Shown in pieces: positions 44,787-46,823 of a DNA stretch of 46,823 bases. Position 1 is the first letter of the stretch. Each line of letters opens with the position of its first letter. The notes under the pieces were generated by a model. That model was not told the DNA's origin. It did not search any database and saw nothing but the letters and a program-made list of their open reading frames with translations. The position numbers were made by a program, and so were the translations under genes. This DNA comes from Parcubacteria group bacterium (lineage in GTDB: Bacteria; Patescibacteriota; Minisyncoccia; Phycocordibacterales; UBA2135), in assembly GCA_016180525.1 (NCBI GenBank), contig JACPBB010000002.1:1-46823 (forward strand), read 5' to 3'.

Positions 44787-44850
44787 GCTTTTATTATAGT
44801 ATAAAAAATTGATTGACAAAAGCATCCTGCGGCAGTATTGTATACGAATT
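44787..44850. promoter_or_regulatory. Compact divergent promoter region; both transcripts apparently leaderless
   Basis: Plus: TTGACA (44813..44818)-N17-TATTGT, ATG 9 nt later. Minus: TATAAT (44798..44793) 6 nt before the ATG at 44786. The -35 regions overlap (TTGACAA / TTGTCAA). Confidence 0.45.
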
Positions 44851-45294
44851 ATGGCCGAAGTAAAACAATCGTATTTAAAACAGGTCACGCAATTCTATTT
44901 TGCCCCTATTTGGCAATCGTTTTTTACCATTTTCTATCTGCTCTTTTTCTTTTACTTTATCGTATTTCATTCAGGAAAAATCTGGCTTGCGTTTAAATTT
45001 ATAACTTACACGTTTGGCAATTCTTCAGAGCTTTTAGGTTTAAGTTATCTTTTTTTAGGAGTTGTATTCCTTATCAGTCTTATAATCCCCTTTTCCGTAA
45101 GTGTCTACGCCATTCTGCTTCTGTTTGAGGTATGGAAAGAAACAACCTGGGAGCAAAGCGTAAGGCTTTTCGTAACCGCGCTTATTATAGTGACCGTGCC
45201 ACTCCTTATTATTGTGATGGACGATATTATCCGCCTTGTGGGAAGCCAGCCACAGCTTCAGGAATTTATTTTCTTAAATCATATTCGTCTGTAA
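44851..45294 (+). CDS. Multi-pass membrane hypothetical protein
   Basis: ATG 44851 (MAEVKQ). Four hydrophobic helices. The track start TTG 44809 lies upstream of the putative -35. Confidence 0.6.
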   Translation: MAEVKQSYLKQVTQFYFAPIWQSFFTIFYLLFFFYFIVFHSGKIWLAFKFITYTFGNSSELLGLSYLFLGVVFLISLIIPFSVSVYAILLLFEVWKETTWEQSVRLFVTALIIVTVPLLIIVMDDIIRLVGSQPQLQEFIFLNHIRL

Positions 45295-45325
45295 CTTTGA
45301 CCATAGTATAAAAATGTGATGAAAC

Positions 45326-45357
45326 AAAAAATCCGCGTTGCGCCGCGGATTTTTTTA
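45326..45357 (+). terminator. Terminator after the 44851..45294 gene
   Basis: aaaaaatccgcg-ttgcgc-cgcggattttttt. Confidence 0.7.
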
Positions 45358-45374
45358 TTTATGATGTAATAAGG

Positions 45375-46220
45375 ATGCTTAAAGGTTCTTTAATGACGCA
45401 GAAAAAAATCATAGGCGTTATCGGAAAGCCTGGGTCAGGAAAAGAAACGGCTGCGAAAGAAGTCGTGAAAAGATATGGGAGCGATGCAACCCACATTACA
45501 TTTTCGGGCCCTCTAACCCAATTTCTGCTTGATATGGGACACCGGGATGATGAGATAGAGCGACCGCTCTTACAGCGACTCGGTCAAATGCTTGTGAAAC
45601 ATTTCCGCCCGGACGCGGTGACGTGCGGAGTTTTACATCTCGTAAAAAGGACATTTGAGCCCATCATTGTTGTTGATGGAGTTCGGTGGCCGAGCGATTT
45701 CGCGGAGCTAAAAAATCCTCTTAACTTTATTCAAAGGGAGTCTGGCACGGATGGATGGAAAAGGCTGGTAAGAAAATTCTACAAAAGACGCACGAAGGAT
45801 TCGGTAAGAGAATTTCTTTTGGACATGGACTGTTCCGGAAGAAATATTGACGCAGAGCTTATTGAAACAACTTCAGACCTCCTTATCAAACACTTTGGAG
45901 ATGATTTCTTTATTCCGAGTAAGAAACATATTTCTGAGACGACCAGAGACGCTTCCGATTCGGTGCGATGCTTCATGGTTTTCGTTGATGTCTCGCCCAA
46001 AGAACGATTTGAGCGAATCAAGGAACGAAAACAAAGGGCTGGAGAAGGCGATCTCACCTGGGAGGAATTTTTAAAGCAAGATTCGGCGCCGAATGAGCAA
46101 CATATTCCGGAATTGGCAAAAAAAGCTGATTTCACGATTGATAATGAGGAACGAGACCCTCAATTAAAGAATCTCCGGGCGCAAGTTGATGAATTTTGCA
46201 GAAAATTTTTAAATGCATAG
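45375..46220 (+). CDS. P-loop nucleotide/nucleoside-kinase-like protein with a ~90-aa internal insertion
   Basis: IGVIGKPGSGKETAAKE Walker A. VVDGVRWPSDFAEL. Later VFVDVSPKERFERIKER. Alternative ATG at 45393. Confidence 0.55.
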   Translation: MLKGSLMTQKKIIGVIGKPGSGKETAAKEVVKRYGSDATHITFSGPLTQFLLDMGHRDDEIERPLLQRLGQMLVKHFRPDAVTCGVLHLVKRTFEPIIVVDGVRWPSDFAELKNPLNFIQRESGTDGWKRLVRKFYKRRTKDSVREFLLDMDCSGRNIDAELIETTSDLLIKHFGDDFFIPSKKHISETTRDASDSVRCFMVFVDVSPKERFERIKERKQRAGEGDLTWEEFLKQDSAPNEQHIPELAKKADFTIDNEERDPQLKNLRAQVDEFCRKFLNA

Positions 46221-46224
46221 AAAT

Positions 46225-46252
46225 AACCCCGTCGTTTCCAAACGACGGGGTT
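46225..46252. terminator. Bidirectional terminator hairpin sharing the stem CCCCGTCGTTT/AAACGACGGGG with 43436..43481
   Basis: aaccccgtcgttt-cc-aaacgacggggtt between convergent genes. Confidence 0.65.
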
Positions 46253-46823
46253 TATATATCAATATCGGCAACAATGGGTTTATGGTCCGAGCCACACATG
46301 TCTTCCAGCACTTTTTGCGAGACAACCGTTATTTGTTCAGGAACTAAAATGTGGTCAAGCTGAAATTCGGAACCGCCAATTTTAAACGTTGAACATCCTT
46401 TAAAAATGTTTGTGAGACCATGTTTTTTACAAATCTTTTCAAACTGCTCTCGCTCATTAAGCCACAGCCATTTATGTTCAAATCCATGTCCCATCCAACC
46501 AACAAATCTTGGGTACAGCCCCTCTCCAAAAATATTCAGGTCTCCCACAACAATAGCATGCTTAATAGCTCCACGCCGTTTGCGTTTTTTCAGTACATAT
46601 TTAAATTGATTAAGCCGATTGCGAGGGCTAGTTCCAACTTCAAGATGGGTATTCATGATTTCAATGCATCCGTTGGAAACTTGAACGTCGGCGCGCTGAA
46701 ATTCAAGGTGCTCGTCAATTTTTGTCCACGCGGTAAAAAATGACCTCCACCCTCTTTTTGTCCGAGTTCGTATTGCCCGCACACGAACCACGGGAAGTCG
46801 TGAAAGAAATAGTAACGCACGCG
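46252..46823 (-). CDS. Endonuclease/exonuclease/phosphatase (EEP) family protein, 5' end cut by the window edge
   Basis: VVGDLN and C-terminal GSDHKPIVADIDI. The frame stays open upstream of the GTG at 46791 through position 46821. Confidence 0.7.
   Translation of the reverse strand, partial: RALLFLSRLPVVRVRAIRTRTKRGWRSFFTAWTKIDEHLEFQRADVQVSNGCIEIMNTHLEVGTSPRNRLNQFKYVLKKRKRRGAIKHAIVVGDLNIFGEGLYPRFVGWMGHGFEHKWLWLNEREQFEKICKKHGLTNIFKGCSTFKIGGSEFQLDHILVPEQITVVSQKVLEDMCGSDHKPIVADIDI

Noticed and set aside
1-46823. UGA reassignment (genetic code 4 or 25) as the explanation for the missing TGA stops
   Set aside because: Conserved genes (ftsK, recA, metG, glyQS, recJ, comEC) are full length under the standard code, so they contain no in-frame TGA. 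The evidence here supports avoidance or non-assignment, not recoding.
1-46823. CRISPR arrays, tRNA, rRNA, tmRNA, RNase P and SRP RNA
   Set aside because: There are no spaced direct repeats of CRISPR type. I recognised no GGTTCGAATCC-type T-arm or other signature motifs in any spacer. This was an eye scan only, so a covariance-model search could still find a small RNA.

Overview
The window is a 46.8-kb, gene-dense bacterial chromosome segment. I call 47 CDS, one of them cut by the right edge. I found no rRNA, tRNA or CRISPR array by eye.

The backbone is housekeeping: ftsK, recA, rpsF-ssb-rpsR, tatD, tatC/tatA, metG, glyQS, comEC, rnhA and recJ. It also carries many single-pass membrane-anchored or secreted hypothetical proteins, a 1202-aa PG-binding surface protein and an ECF sigma factor. 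From gene content alone this looks like a small-genome Patescibacteria/CPR (Parcubacteria-like) organism. That assignment is inference, not proven.

Leads, in order of interest:
1. 33189..35247: a self-contained three-gene operon. It encodes a MotA/ExbB-like channel, a single-pass partner with the stator-type Asp but a non-ExbD, non-OmpA output domain, and a Pro-tailed membrane protein. It sits in a ~9.8-kb envelope/protease block (two S41 paralogues flanking a CPBP protease, HtrA, a BT1 transporter, SOD). That block separates the comEC channel gene from the ComEC-type MBL gene.
2. 15675..19783: tatC-tatA, then a 75-aa protein with a canonical RRNFLK motif, then a signal-less LamG+SPRY+repeat tail-fibre-like pair and an orphan higA.
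3. None of the 47 CDS ends in TGA, and conserved genes have no in-frame TGA.
4. Several intergenic spacers are built from phase-7 heptamer arrays arranged as inverted arms directly upstream of SD-less genes (recA, tatA).

Functional calls rest on motifs read from the translations. No database search was possible.
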